Made by a program: the position numbers and the translations under genes
Notes under the pieces: model-generated
Databases searched by the model: none
Seen by the model: the letters and a program-made list of their open reading frames with translations, nothing else
What the model was told of the DNA's origin: nothing
Assembly (NCBI GenBank): GCA_965218425.1
Contig: OZ244621.1
Coordinates: 2,176,001 to 2,240,000 of the forward strand
Direction: 5' to 3'
Source of the DNA: an uncultured Candidatus Binatia bacterium
GTDB taxonomy: Bacteria; Desulfobacterota; Binatia; UBA9968; CAXXLF01
Length of the DNA stretch: 64,000 bases
Part shown: positions 38,260 to 48,422 of the stretch, one piece after another
How the letters are laid out: each line of letters starts with the position of its first letter
How positions within the stretch are numbered: position 1 is the stretch's first letter

Positions 38260-39692
38260 GCCTAGGACTTTTGGAGCGGCAACCCGCTGTAATCAACATT
38301 GGCGTTAAAACTTTCGCAGAAAACGTGAACGCTACTGGAGCACGTGCACTCCAGGTGGACTGGCGCCCACCGGCTACAGGGGACCCGAGGACAGCTTGGC
38401 TCCTAGCAATGCTTACAGGAGATCCGGACGACCCTACCTGCCATGGATCGCAGGTCGACAGGGCTAACTTGGAGGCAATAAAGAGCCTCGTAGATGCCCA
38501 ACCGACGCTCGTGGATATTCTACAAGGCCGGGACGTCTGGCCGAACCTCGGAAAAACGATTCTACATGCTGGTCCCCCCATTGCTTGGGATCGGATGTGC
38601 GGTCCGATGCGGGGAGCCGTAATCGGGGCAGTCCTCTACGAAGAATGGGCGCAATCAGAAGGAGAGGCAGAGGAATTGGCAGGAAGCGGAGAGATTCAAT
38701 TTGCTCCGTGCCATCACTTTGCTGCTGTCGGTCCCATGGCCGGGATCATTTCCCCTTCGATGCCTCTCTTCGTTGTCAAGAATTTCGTTGGAGCGAATTT
38801 CGCGTACAGTAATTTGAACGAGGGCCTCGGTAAGGTTCTACGCTTCGGAGCGTACAACCACGAAGTGGTGGAACATCTCCGGTGGATGGAACGGATTCTC
38901 GCGCCAGCTCTGAAGCGAGCTTTGGCGGGACTCGAACAGGGCATCCGTCTAAAGCCAATCATGGCCCAAGCCCTCCAAATGGGGGACGATGTTCACAATC
39001 GGAATGTCGCGGCTACGTCTCTACTGTTCCGAGCCCTTGCAAGGGCGATCATCAGCTCAGACCTCAACCGGAAGACAGTCGATAATATCCTTGCGTTCAT
39101 AGACGGTAATAACCACTTTTTCCTGAATCTGTCCATGGCAGCTTGCAAGTCGAGCCTCGACGCCGCCCACGGCGTTGCCGGTAGCAGTCTCGTAACAGCG
39201 ATGAGCCGAAATGGCGTGGAGTTTGGGATTCGAGTTTCCGGGCTCGGAGATCGGTGGTTCACAGCACCTTGCCTGGTTCCAAAAGGCCTGTACTTCAGTG
39301 GTTACTCGGAATCCGATGCAAATCCTGACCTGGGTGATAGCTCCATCGCTGAGACAGCAGGCGTCGGCGGGTTCGCCATGGGAGCGGCACCCGCCATGGT
39401 ACAGTTCGTTGGAGGCACTCCCGAAGACGCCTTGGCATACACGCATGATATGTATGAGATCACAATAGCGAAAAACCCCGGGTTTTCCTTGCCACCGTTA
39501 AACTTTTTGGGCACACCCACGGGCATTGACCTGCGAAAGGTGGTAGATTCAGGCATCTGCCCCGTGATCAACACAGGCATCGCCCATCGGACCGCAGGGA
39601 TCGGCCAAATCGGAGCCGGCGTTGTGCAGGCCCCGATGGCTTGTATTGAAAATGGTTTGCTGGCTCTGGCGGAAGCGTTAGGGCTGCAATGA
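38256..39692 (+). CDS. DUF1116 (YahG/YlbE, AllG-like) protein
   Basis: [69 protein letters not shown] overlap with fdrA. Confidence 0.92.
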   Translation: MSLGLLERQPAVINIGVKTFAENVNATGARALQVDWRPPATGDPRTAWLLAMLTGDPDDPTCHGSQVDRANLEAIKSLVDAQPTLVDILQGRDVWPNLGKTILHAGPPIAWDRMCGPMRGAVIGAVLYEEWAQSEGEAEELAGSGEIQFAPCHHFAAVGPMAGIISPSMPLFVVKNFVGANFAYSNLNEGLGKVLRFGAYNHEVVEHLRWMERILAPALKRALAGLEQGIRLKPIMAQALQMGDDVHNRNVAATSLLFRALARAIISSDLNRKTVDNILAFIDGNNHFFLNLSMAACKSSLDAAHGVAGSSLVTAMSRNGVEFGIRVSGLGDRWFTAPCLVPKGLYFSGYSESDANPDLGDSSIAETAGVGGFAMGAAPAMVQFVGGTPEDALAYTHDMYEITIAKNPGFSLPPLNFLGTPTGIDLRKVVDSGICPVINTGIAHRTAGIGQIGAGVVQAPMACIENGLLALAEALGLQ

Positions 39693-39711
39693 GGCGAGGG
39701 AGGACAGAACC

Positions 39712-40815
39712 ATGATGACTGTGCAGGTTGAACGAATTCCAATGTCGGGACCAGGCGATGTCTCAGGGCTCAAGGCTCTCCTCAGCCAGGGTACCCTCAA
39801 GGCTGAGGATGTGGTTGCAATTATGGCCAAGACAGAAGGGAATGGTTGCGTCAACGACTTTACACGGGGCTACAGCACATTTGCCTTACAGGTTCTTTTA
39901 TCGGAACTCTCGGGCATCCCACGGGGAGAGATAGCCCAAAGAGTTGCCTTTGTGATGTCTGGTGGAACAGAGGGGATCCTCAGCCCTCATGCTACGGTAT
40001 TCGCCCAAACGCTAGGAGGCAAGGCTGCCACTGATCAGAAGCGACTGTCGATTGGTGTCGCTCACACCCGAGATTTTCTGCCCGAGGAGCTGGGCCGGAT
40101 GGCACAGGTCCGCGAGGTCGCAAAAGTAATCCAAAAAGCTATGCACGAGGCAGGAATTGACTCAGCCAACGATGTTCACTTCGTACAAATCAAGTGTCCA
40201 CTGTTGATTTCGGAACGGATCGAAGATGCCCGCCGCCGCGGACAGACTGCGGTCACAATGGACACGTACGAATCTATGGGTTACTCCCGAGGCGCGTCCG
40301 CGTTGGGGGTCGCCCTGGCATTGGGAACGATCAACGAATCCAAGCTGTCAGACCATGTCATCTGTGAGGACTGGGGTCTCTATTCAGGGGTGGCATCCAC
40401 TTCCGCCGGCGTGGAACTCATGAATTGCGAGGTCATACTTATGGGCAATTCATCCTCCTCGGCCAGCGATCTAATCATTGGTCACAGCATTATGAAAGAT
40501 GCGATCGACGGGGAGGCAGTTCGAGAGTCTCTCCGTTCCGTGGGCTTACGCGTGGATGGGATGGTACACCCGATGGATAGACACCGGATCGTGAACGTCT
40601 TCGCCAAGGCGGAGGCCGATCCCAGCGGCTATGTTCGGAATCGACGACATACTATGTTGAACGATTCCGACATCAACAATACCCGCCACGCAAGGGCAGC
40701 CGTCGGAGCAGTCATCGCGTGTATCGTTGGAGACCCGATGATCTATGTCTCCGGGGGCGCAGAACATCAGGGTCCTGCAGGGGGCGGGCCAGTGTCCGTT
40801 ATCGCCCAAGCGTAG
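39712..40815 (+). CDS. atzD: Cyanuric acid amidohydrolase-type ring-opening amidohydrolase (AtzD/barbiturase family)
   Basis: [77 protein letters not shown]. These match the AtzD/TrzD residue set rather than barbiturase (recalled sequences). Confidence 0.9.
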   Translation: MMTVQVERIPMSGPGDVSGLKALLSQGTLKAEDVVAIMAKTEGNGCVNDFTRGYSTFALQVLLSELSGIPRGEIAQRVAFVMSGGTEGILSPHATVFAQTLGGKAATDQKRLSIGVAHTRDFLPEELGRMAQVREVAKVIQKAMHEAGIDSANDVHFVQIKCPLLISERIEDARRRGQTAVTMDTYESMGYSRGASALGVALALGTINESKLSDHVICEDWGLYSGVASTSAGVELMNCEVILMGNSSSSASDLIIGHSIMKDAIDGEAVRESLRSVGLRVDGMVHPMDRHRIVNVFAKAEADPSGYVRNRRHTMLNDSDINNTRHARAAVGAVIACIVGDPMIYVSGGAEHQGPAGGGPVSVIAQA

Positions 40816-40831
40816 TCAAGTAGGTACTCCC

Positions 40832-41782
40832 ATGAAGTTTGACCCGAATCTGGTAGTAGTCGCTATTGGCGGTAACGCCATATTTCCACAACAAATTCAG
40901 GGCACTGCTGAAGAGCAATTCCAGATCGTCAGCCGGACCTGTGAGCATCTTGTCCAGATAGTCAAGAAAAGATACCACATCGTACTTACGCATGGGAACG
41001 GGCCTGTAATCGGCAATATCCTCATTCGGATGGCCATGGCCAGCTCCGTTATTTCTCCCATGCCGATGGACGTTTGCGTAGCTGACACTCAAGGGGGAAT
41101 TGGCTACATAATTCAACAGTCATTGATGAACTGTCTGCGCGAGCACGGAATCACTATCCCTGTGGTTTCCGTCATCACACAGGTTGAAGTCTCGGGGGAA
41201 GATCCTGCTTTCCATCACCCTTCGAAACCCGTTGGCCCCTTCTATACTCGCAAGGAGGCTGACCGAATCAGCCAGGAGACAGGATGGAAGTTCATGGAGG
41301 ATGCTGGACGAGGTTACCGCCACGTCGTTCCATCGCCAGATCCCCTGGCCATCTTAGAACTAGACGCGATCCGGGACCTGAGGGAAGCGGGAGTCATTCC
41401 CATTGCGGCAGGTGGGGGAGGGATACCGGTTGTCCGTCAAGCTGATGGCCACGAACGTGGGGTGGCTGCTGTGATCGATAAAGACTTGGCCAGTGCCGTG
41501 CTCGCTATTGGGCTCAGGGCGGGGGTTTTCCTCATCCTTACCGCTGTTGATACCGTGGCCCTGGACTATGGGAAGGAAACCCAGCGCGGCGTCACAAATC
41601 TGACTGTCCGGGAGGCAAAAGCTCACCTCGAGGCAGGACAGTTCCCTGAGGGAAGTATGGGCCCCAAGATTCGAGCAGCGATAAATTATCTAGAGAGAGG
41701 GGGCGACAAGGTCCTTATCACCTCCTTGGAGCGAGCCCTCGATGCTATTGAGGGGAGGACAGGAACCCGAATTATTCCCTGA
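40832..41782 (+). CDS. arcC: Carbamate kinase
   Basis: VAIGGNA, THGNGP, TQGGIGY, DPAF..PSKPVGPFY, EDAGRGYR.VVPSP, GGGGIPV, AVIDKD, GSMGPK. Confidence 0.93.
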   Translation: MKFDPNLVVVAIGGNAIFPQQIQGTAEEQFQIVSRTCEHLVQIVKKRYHIVLTHGNGPVIGNILIRMAMASSVISPMPMDVCVADTQGGIGYIIQQSLMNCLREHGITIPVVSVITQVEVSGEDPAFHHPSKPVGPFYTRKEADRISQETGWKFMEDAGRGYRHVVPSPDPLAILELDAIRDLREAGVIPIAAGGGGIPVVRQADGHERGVAAVIDKDLASAVLAIGLRAGVFLILTAVDTVALDYGKETQRGVTNLTVREAKAHLEAGQFPEGSMGPKIRAAINYLERGGDKVLITSLERALDAIEGRTGTRIIP

Positions 41783-41786
41783 CGCC

Positions 41787-43043
41787 ATGAGCCACCACCG
41801 ATACGACCTGATTGTACGCAGAGCTAGGCTTGACTCGGGCGCAATCCTCGACATTGGAATAACCTCCGGCCGAGTCGTAGCTTCAGCCGCTGCACTACCT
41901 GCTGAAGGGACGGCAGAGATCGATGCGGCCGAGCGATTGACACTTCCCGGCTTTGTCGACCCCCACCTGCATCTGGACAAGGTGTTTTCACGGGCCGAGC
42001 TTGCGCAGCCACCGGAGACCTTGACCGAGGCCATTAGAGCGTCAAGACAGCTCAAAGGGGAGTGGAGTCAAGACGCCATTGAAGAGCGAGCGGCACGAGC
42101 CGTGACCATGGCTATCCGGGCTGGGACCACGGCAGTGCGAACACATGTGGATGTAGATCCAATTATTGGTCTACAGGGATTCCATGCACTTCAGCGCATC
42201 CGTGATCGGTTCCAGGGGCAAATACAACTCCAGATCGTCGCTTTCCCGCAAGAGGGGATGGATCGAGATGGCCGGGTCAAGGAGATGCTCCGCTCTGCTC
42301 TCCAAGAAGGAGCGGACGCCATTGGTGGCATTCCTACTCTCCAGCCGAATCCTAGAGAGCACATTGACCGTATCTTCGAACTGGCAAAGCTCTACAATGC
42401 CGATATCGACATGCACGTGGATGAATCAGATGACCCAGCTGACCTGTCAATTGAGTATCTTGCTGAGAAGACGTTAGCTAATGGCTACCAGGGAAGAGTC
42501 GTGGCTGGCCATTGCACCTCACTGGCCGCCGTCCCAGTCGAGGTGCTCCACCGTGTGGCAGCCAAGGTAAAGGCGGCTGACATTTCGATTGTAACGTTGC
42601 CTTCTACGAATCTCCACTTACAGGGGCGTTCGGATCGACCCCCCGTGCGCCGGGGCATCGCCCCAATACGAGAACTGATGGAGGCAGGGATCAATGTCAC
42701 CTTTGGCTCGGACAATATCCGGGACGCTTTCACGCCTTTCGGGAACGCCCGAATGTTAGAAACCGGTCTTCTCCTTGCACATGCTGCACACATGGGGACG
42801 GCTTCGGGTTTGCGAATTATTATCCAAATGGCTACGACGAACGCCGCCCGAGCCCTCCGCCTTCCCCTTTATGGCTTCGACAAGGGAAGCCGAGCCGACC
42901 TTGTAATCTGGGATGCGGAGTCGCCAGAAGACGCATTGGTTGGATTATCCGTGCCTCTCTGGGTGGTCGTGAACGGGAACGCAGTCTCCGGTGCTCGCTT
43001 TAAGGATCGACTCCGTCCGCCCGAACCATCCCTTCCCTTATAG
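41787..43043 (+). CDS. Cytosine-deaminase-like metallo-amidohydrolase (YahJ/AtzC-like)
   Basis: PGFVDPHLHLDK, RTHVDVD, QIVAFPQEG, DMHVDE, GHC, GSDNIRD.FTPFG. Confidence 0.85.
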   Translation: MSHHRYDLIVRRARLDSGAILDIGITSGRVVASAAALPAEGTAEIDAAERLTLPGFVDPHLHLDKVFSRAELAQPPETLTEAIRASRQLKGEWSQDAIEERAARAVTMAIRAGTTAVRTHVDVDPIIGLQGFHALQRIRDRFQGQIQLQIVAFPQEGMDRDGRVKEMLRSALQEGADAIGGIPTLQPNPREHIDRIFELAKLYNADIDMHVDESDDPADLSIEYLAEKTLANGYQGRVVAGHCTSLAAVPVEVLHRVAAKVKAADISIVTLPSTNLHLQGRSDRPPVRRGIAPIRELMEAGINVTFGSDNIRDAFTPFGNARMLETGLLLAHAAHMGTASGLRIIIQMATTNAARALRLPLYGFDKGSRADLVIWDAESPEDALVGLSVPLWVVVNGNAVSGARFKDRLRPPEPSLPL

Positions 43044-43310
43044 GCTGAACATTCTGGAAAACAGGCAGTTCCAGATCCATCAATCCGCGGAGGTCCGCAC
43101 GGGCTCCAAGAGTTCACGCGCTTCTGAAAGACCCTGACCCAGTAGCGAAACAGGAGTCCACCTGCTACAGGAGAAGTGCCCAGGCCCAGAGGGGATAGTT
43201 GCGCATAATAAGACTAGACGAATCCAGAACACTTGATGCAAAATACGAATTTTTGCCCGGCCGTCCAAATAGATTGAAACCTCGTCGTCTACTTCGCCAG
43301 GAACGAGATC

Positions 43311-44192
43311 ATGCTGCAAATTTGTAACTTGAATATCATCGCCGCTAGTGCTGGTCTATTTCCCCTCCTTAACAGCCCCCGCTGGGAGGGTCGGATCTCT
43401 GCGGTCTTCCAGACCAGCCTGCAGATCACCGGACCTAACCAAAGGCTTATCCATCTCCAAGGCGATTCGCTCCTCGTATCCCCATTCAGTATACGCACGC
43501 CGAGCAACCTCGCGCGTAGCATTGCAGATGTTCCACTCGTCGAAGGAATGTCAGTCAGCAAGGAGGGCTCATGGATCGAGGCTCAGGGTCGCCTTCGCCT
43601 CTCGCTTGAGGAAATCTCCTATTATTGTTCGCCCCCGATGGTCAAGAGCTGGATCAATCCGGAGGCCTTGCGTCTCGCCGAACAAACTCTCCGACGCCAA
43701 GGACGTCGCGGCGGTCTCGACGCCATTCCCTCCGGGCGGGCTGCTACCAGAGCAATTCGTAAGGCGCTCACTGGCGGAGAGCCGGATCGACTCCTCACCG
43801 CCACTCTTGCGGTCATCGGTCTTGGTCCTGGCCTGACCCCGTCAGGAGACGACTTCCTAGTTGGGTGCATGAAGGGCCTCTCGCTTTTTGCCGCTTACCA
43901 CCCCAAGCTTAACAACACCCTTGATCTCCTCCGCAGCGGCATCGCAATGCTCCTTCGCACGCGGACGAGCCGCGTCGGAGCCGAGTTCATCCGCTACGCC
44001 CTAGATGGGCAGTACGCCGAAGTCCTTGACCAGGCTGCGACTGCAATGTTGACCCCCGCAGATCCAGACAAGATAGTATCCGCAGTTAGCCGGCTTCTTT
44101 CCCAAGGCGGGAGTTCGGGAACCGACACGGCCCAGGGACTTCTCGTAAGCCTCAATGCTCTCCACCGGGCCAATTGGATAAGCGGTGGCTGA
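43311..44192 (+). CDS. DUF2877 (YahE/YlbF, AllH-like) protein
   Basis: IGLGPGLTPSGDDFLVG and GGSSGTDTAQG signature motifs. Confidence 0.88.
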   Translation: MLQICNLNIIAASAGLFPLLNSPRWEGRISAVFQTSLQITGPNQRLIHLQGDSLLVSPFSIRTPSNLARSIADVPLVEGMSVSKEGSWIEAQGRLRLSLEEISYYCSPPMVKSWINPEALRLAEQTLRRQGRRGGLDAIPSGRAATRAIRKALTGGEPDRLLTATLAVIGLGPGLTPSGDDFLVGCMKGLSLFAAYHPKLNNTLDLLRSGIAMLLRTRTSRVGAEFIRYALDGQYAEVLDQAATAMLTPADPDKIVSAVSRLLSQGGSSGTDTAQGLLVSLNALHRANWISGG

Positions 44193-44441
44193 CAATTTCT
44201 GACAGTGGCAGAGCTGGCAAGCTTGTTTAAGGTCACACGCAGAACGGTCCGCTGATGGGTTCATGATGGGCTCATAGAACCGCGCTTTAGGCTTCGCGGC
44301 GGGAGCTGCTATCAATACATCTTCCCCGAGTCAGAGATTAACCGGTTTTTTGATGAGTATTTTCCTCAACTGAAGGACCTAGATTTAACCCACGAGCCCA
44401 GAGGCAAGACGAAGCGAGTCGAAATGATCCGGCGCATTTGA
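44193..44441 (+). pseudogene. Excisionase-like HTH remnant
   Basis: FLTVAELASLFKVTRRTVR*WVHDGLIEP...; TGA at 44253 and no start codon. Confidence 0.6.
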
Positions 44442-44703
44442 AATTTGCAAAGGATCTATGCAGGGAAGGCCACTGCAGGCAGAATGACCAAACGGTTAGC
44501 CAAGGAGTATGGCATCAGAGAGACAGAGCTAGAGAACTACGACGACGAGTCGCAGAGCCAAGACGAGGGATCGGCCACCCTGGATCGTGGATCCACACCG
44601 CGAGGGAGTCGCCCCAGTGACCTTGACCGTGGCTTCACCGAAGAACGCTGGGAGGAGGAAGAGGAAGGTAAAGGGTAGTAGCTGTAGCTAACCCCAGGGT
44701 GAG

Positions 44704-44963
44704 ATGACCGAAGAATATTTAACCATAGAGCAGCTGGGCGAGCGGCTTAATCTCAAGCCGAAGAGCATCAGGAGCAAGATGGTCAATGGAACCTTCATAA
44801 AGGTGTCCACTATTTCAGCCCCAAAGGAATAGGCCCAAGGTTCAAATGGTCAGTCGTGCTCACATGGCTTGAACAAGGCGAGCAGGGGCAGGCTAAAGCC
44901 GCAGATAATGGCGATGGAGCCCCCAAGCCAGATGGCCACTGGCTGGGTTTCGATTATCCATAA
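44704..44963 (+). pseudogene. Frameshifted excisionase-like protein
   Basis: MTEEYLTIEQLGERLNLKPKSIRSKMVNGTFI-(1-nt loss near 44800)-GVHYFSPKGIGPRFKWS. Confidence 0.6.
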
Positions 44964-45004
44964 TTTTACACCTCACATGATAGGACAGTTTGTCCTAAAG
45001 GTTT

Positions 45005-45199
45005 ATGGTGACATCAGGGCAATTCCGAAAGCTGCGTGAGTCTATGGATTACAGCCAGGCTCAACTTGGCAACCTGATGGATACTTCGGGTCGCACTGTT
45101 AGACGATGGGAGAATGGTGAAATTCAGATACCCAAGATGGCTGAGATGGCCTTGGAGTTAATCGTGCTCAAAGCGAAACAGAAGAAGGGGAGACGCTAA
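45005..45199 (+). CDS. XRE-family helix-turn-helix regulator
   Basis: FRKLRESMDYSQAQLGNLMDTSGRTVRRWENGE. Confidence 0.8.
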   Translation: MVTSGQFRKLRESMDYSQAQLGNLMDTSGRTVRRWENGEIQIPKMAEMALELIVLKAKQKKGRR

Positions 45200-45828
45200 T
45201 GGCCTGCAAGGTTACGGTTAATCGTCATGGTTACCTCGCCGTTCGCCTTGCACTCAGATGGGGAGATATAGATTTAAAAGCGGGTAGGGCTTCCATTACC
45301 AAGTCCAGGTACTACGGAGCAGAGAACGCGACCAAGACTGGCGGCAGTGAAAGCGATGTGGTCCTTCTGCCCGTGGTTGTGGATCTGCTCAAGGCAACAA
45401 AGCCCCTGCATGCTACCGAAAACGATTATGTCTTCAAGAACCAAGAAGGTAGCCCCATAAACGAGGACAAATGGCGCAAGAAGCACTGGTACAGGGCTTT
45501 GAAGGCATTGGGCATCAAGCCTCGCAAGTTCTACGCTACCAAGCACACCTATATCAGTGTGGCCCTGAGTGAAGGTGTCAACATAAAGTGGCTTGCTGAG
45601 CAATGTGGGACCTCTGTAGCCATGATTGAGAAACACTATGGCAGGTACATCAAAGACGATGGAGATGCCCCTTTAAGGGCGATTTTGGGGGCTGAAACCG
45701 AAACCTTTTCGAGTGAGGAGCAGAAAACAGCGGTAAGTGTTGGGGATGAAAAGAAAGAGGGATGGTCGGGGCGACTGGATTTGAACCAGCGACTTCACGG
45801 TCCCGAACCGTGCGCTCTACCAAGCTGA
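45199..45828 (+). pseudogene. Tyrosine integrase with a large in-frame internal deletion
   Basis: The arm-binding-like start MACKVTVNRHGYLAVR is joined directly to LALRWGDID. FYATKHTY and IEKHYG remain but the box-I Arg is absent. The ORF runs antisense into tRNA-Pro. Confidence 0.8.
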
Positions 45829-45839
45829 GCCACGCCCCG
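45763..45839 (-). tRNA. tRNA-Pro (anticodon CGG)
   Basis: CGGGGCGTGGCTCAGCTTGGTAGAGCGCACGGTTCGGGACCGTGAAGTCGCTGGTTCAAATCCAGTCGCCCCGACCA: cloverleaf, loop TTCGGGA, encoded CCA. Confidence 0.97.
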
Positions 45840-45974
45840 ACAATTCGCTACTGGTTATTCGTTAATCGTCAATCGTTTAGTGCCGCTCCGGGAATGAGTC
45901 CCGGAAGATTTCGTATCTTGGGAACCTGGTCAATTTAACACGGTCACGCATGAAATCATAGGAGACGTTTTTAT

Positions 45975-46076
45975 CCCGAACCACAGAAGGCCTGGGACGT
46001 GAGACCGGGGATGAATACTCCGAACTTCCCCGAAGGGTAGCGCCCCAAAGCCGCGGATGTAAGGCCGTGGTTCGGG
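45975..46076. repeat. Imperfect hairpin downstream of rpe
   Basis: CCCGAACCAC (45975-45984) / GTGGTTCGGG (46067-46076), with inner GGCCT / AGGCC. Confidence 0.5.
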
Positions 46077-46078
46077 GT

Positions 46079-46738
46079 TTACCCTGCGGCGTCTTTCATA
46101 TTGCGGATGGTTTTGGCGTAGTCTGGAGTCTTGAAGATGCCCGAACCTGAAACAATCACCTGCGCCCCGGCTTGGACCACGCGGTGAATATTATCGCTTT
46201 TTATGCCCCCATCCGCTTCGATGAGTGCCGAGAGCCCCTTTTGCCGAAGGGCTCTATTTGACTGTTCAATTTTCGGCAGGACTTCTTCCATGAACGCTTG
46301 CCCTCCAAATCCAGGGAAAACGGTCATGATAAGAAGCATGTCGATGTCGGGGAAGTGAGACTCCACCCGCTCCATGGGTATATCTGGATTTACCGCGATG
46401 GAGGCTTTGGCTCCATGCTCACGTATGTTTGCCAAGCACTTCCTGGGATCGTGGCTCGTTTCCGGGTGGATAGAAATCCAATCCGCCCCGGCCTTAATAA
46501 ACTCGGGTGCGTATTTGTCCGGATCGGTAATCATGAGGTGAACGTCCAATGGCATGTCAGTTACCTTTCGAACCCATTCAACCACCACCGGACCGATGGT
46601 GATATTTGGGACGAAATGGCCGTCCATTACGTCCAGGTGAAGCCAGTCGGCACCGGCCTCTTTAACGGCTTGAACCTCATCCCTAAGACGGCTGAAATCC
46701 GCCGATAAAATGGAAGGAGCGATCTTTGCAGGACCCAT
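46079..46738 (-). CDS. rpe: Ribulose-phosphate 3-epimerase
   Basis: IAPSILSADF, HLDVMDGHFVPNITIG, DVHLMI, MTVFPGFGGQ, DGGI. Confidence 0.96.
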   Translation of the reverse strand: MGPAKIAPSILSADFSRLRDEVQAVKEAGADWLHLDVMDGHFVPNITIGPVVVEWVRKVTDMPLDVHLMITDPDKYAPEFIKAGADWISIHPETSHDPRKCLANIREHGAKASIAVNPDIPMERVESHFPDIDMLLIMTVFPGFGGQAFMEEVLPKIEQSNRALRQKGLSALIEADGGIKSDNIHRVVQAGAQVIVSGSGIFKTPDYAKTIRNMKDAAG

Positions 46739-46767
46739 GGATGTTACCTTTCTGTTGCCATGTGGAA

Positions 46768-47706
46768 TCAAAGTGTTTCGCCGACTCTTATTCTGGCCCC
46801 CCGGACAAAATCAGGCGCAGGCATTCTCTTCCTGTTTTCCTGCTGGACCTCTTGCAGGCCGATCACGCCTTGGCCGGTGGCTATCCAGAACCCTCCGTCA
46901 TCCGCCCTGATGACTTCGCCCGGAGGTGCTCCGGGTTCCCTGTGAATCAATTCCGCGCGGTGGACCTTGATCCAATGCCCCTTCCAGTGGGTGTAGGCCG
47001 ATGGCCAAGGGATAAAGGCCCGCACTCGACGCTCGATCTCTTTGGCCGGCAGGTTCCAATCAATCTGACCGTCCTCTTTTTTTAGTATTGGGGCGTAGGT
47101 GGCGTGCGCGTCGTATTGGGGCCTGTCGGCGATCCGGCCCTCCTTCATTCCTCGTATGGTTTCAAGCAGCAGACGAGTTCCCACTGGGGTTAGCTTGGCC
47201 TCAAGCGAACTCGTGGTCTCGTCAGCTGCTACGGAAATCTCTTCCTGTAGCAGAATAGCTCCAGCGTCCATTTGCTCCACCAGACGCATGGTTGTTACCC
47301 CCGTGGTCTCCTCTCCCTTAACCAGGGTCCAAGTCATTGGGGCTGCACCACGATACTTTGGCAGTAGGGAATAGTGAACGTTGATGCAGCCCTGAGTCGG
47401 GAGGCCTAGAATCGGGGACGGTAGGATGCGACCATAGGCCACCACCACGATCAACTCTGGCCCCCAGCCGCTAAGGGTCTGAAGAAAGTCGGCATCACGG
47501 ATGCGCTCTGGGGCAAGAACCGGTTTTTCGTGTTTCTCGGCCACCTTTCGTACGGGTGAGGACTCAATCCGCTGCCCCCTCCCTGTGGGGCGGTCTGGCC
47601 TCGTGACAACCCCAACAACGGGGTCCGGTCCTTCCAGCAGGCCCTCGAGGGTAGCGGCCGCGCAAAGGGGTGTCCCCATAAATACAATAGGCCATAAGGG
47701 TGACAT
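46768..47706 (-). CDS. fmt: Methionyl-tRNA formyltransferase
   Basis: VFMGTP, VVTRPDRP.GRG, VVAYGRIL, NVHYSLLPKYRGAAP, MDAG. Confidence 0.95.
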   Translation of the reverse strand: MSPLWPIVFMGTPLCAAATLEGLLEGPDPVVGVVTRPDRPTGRGQRIESSPVRKVAEKHEKPVLAPERIRDADFLQTLSGWGPELIVVVAYGRILPSPILGLPTQGCINVHYSLLPKYRGAAPMTWTLVKGEETTGVTTMRLVEQMDAGAILLQEEISVAADETTSSLEAKLTPVGTRLLLETIRGMKEGRIADRPQYDAHATYAPILKKEDGQIDWNLPAKEIERRVRAFIPWPSAYTHWKGHWIKVHRAELIHREPGAPPGEVIRADDGGFWIATGQGVIGLQEVQQENRKRMPAPDFVRGARIRVGETL

Positions 47707-47874
47707 TATTTTACCTAACCCAATCCATATGCAATCCGAGGAGGGAACCTAGTTATGCTCAGGGGAGCCCGGGCCAAGGTCATGGCCGGAAGAGTCCCGT
47801 TAGATCAATGAAAGCAATCTTTAGACTACAGGCTCGCAAAGTCTAAGGTGATTTGAGCCGTGTGGGAAGTGGTT

Positions 47875-48414
47875 TCAGATCATCACCCCTTGGGATTCAG
47901 GTTCGAGCTTTCCTTCACGCAATCTCTTCTTTAGTCTTCTCGTATAGAGCTCGCGCTTTAGGCGGCTGACGTGATCGATAAAGAGTTTCCCGTCGAGGTG
48001 GTCAATTTCATGCTGTAGCGCCACGGCTAAAAGCCCCTCAGCCTCCACCTTCACCTCTTTCTCTTTTTCATCGAGACCCGCCACTATTACCTGAGATGCT
48101 CTTTTTATCTCCGCGGTGAAATCGAATACGCTGAGACAACCCTCCTCCCAAACCACCTCTCCTTCCGCATGCTGAATGACTGGATTAACGAGCCTGATCA
48201 AGTTTTTACCGGGGTTCTCATGGTCCACGTCCAAAACGATGATCCGCTGTAACTGTCCCACCTGCGGCGCCGCCAGTCCTACTCCCGGGGCCGCGTACAT
48301 GGTCTCCGCCATGTCATCCATTAGCCGAATCGTATCATCCGTAAACCCCTTCACGGGTTTAGAGAGCTGCTTTAGCAGAGGATCCGGATATCGGAGAATA
48401 TCCAATAGGGCCAT
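47875..48414 (-). CDS. def: Peptide deformylase
   Basis: GVGLAAPQVG, EGCLS, QHEIDHLDG. Confidence 0.97.
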   Translation of the reverse strand: MALLDILRYPDPLLKQLSKPVKGFTDDTIRLMDDMAETMYAAPGVGLAAPQVGQLQRIIVLDVDHENPGKNLIRLVNPVIQHAEGEVVWEEGCLSVFDFTAEIKRASQVIVAGLDEKEKEVKVEAEGLLAVALQHEIDHLDGKLFIDHVSRLKRELYTRRLKKRLREGKLEPESQGVMI

Positions 48415-48422
48415 CAGCAGTT

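Noticed and set aside
39712..40815. Barbiturase call
   Set aside because: GNGCVND, YSRGASA, TRHARA and SGGAEHQ match the cyanuric acid hydrolase branch as I recall it; substrate still needs an assay.
44445..44678. Acidic 77-aa ORF in the integrase module
   Set aside because: Low complexity and probably the tail of a decayed phage gene; no assignable function.
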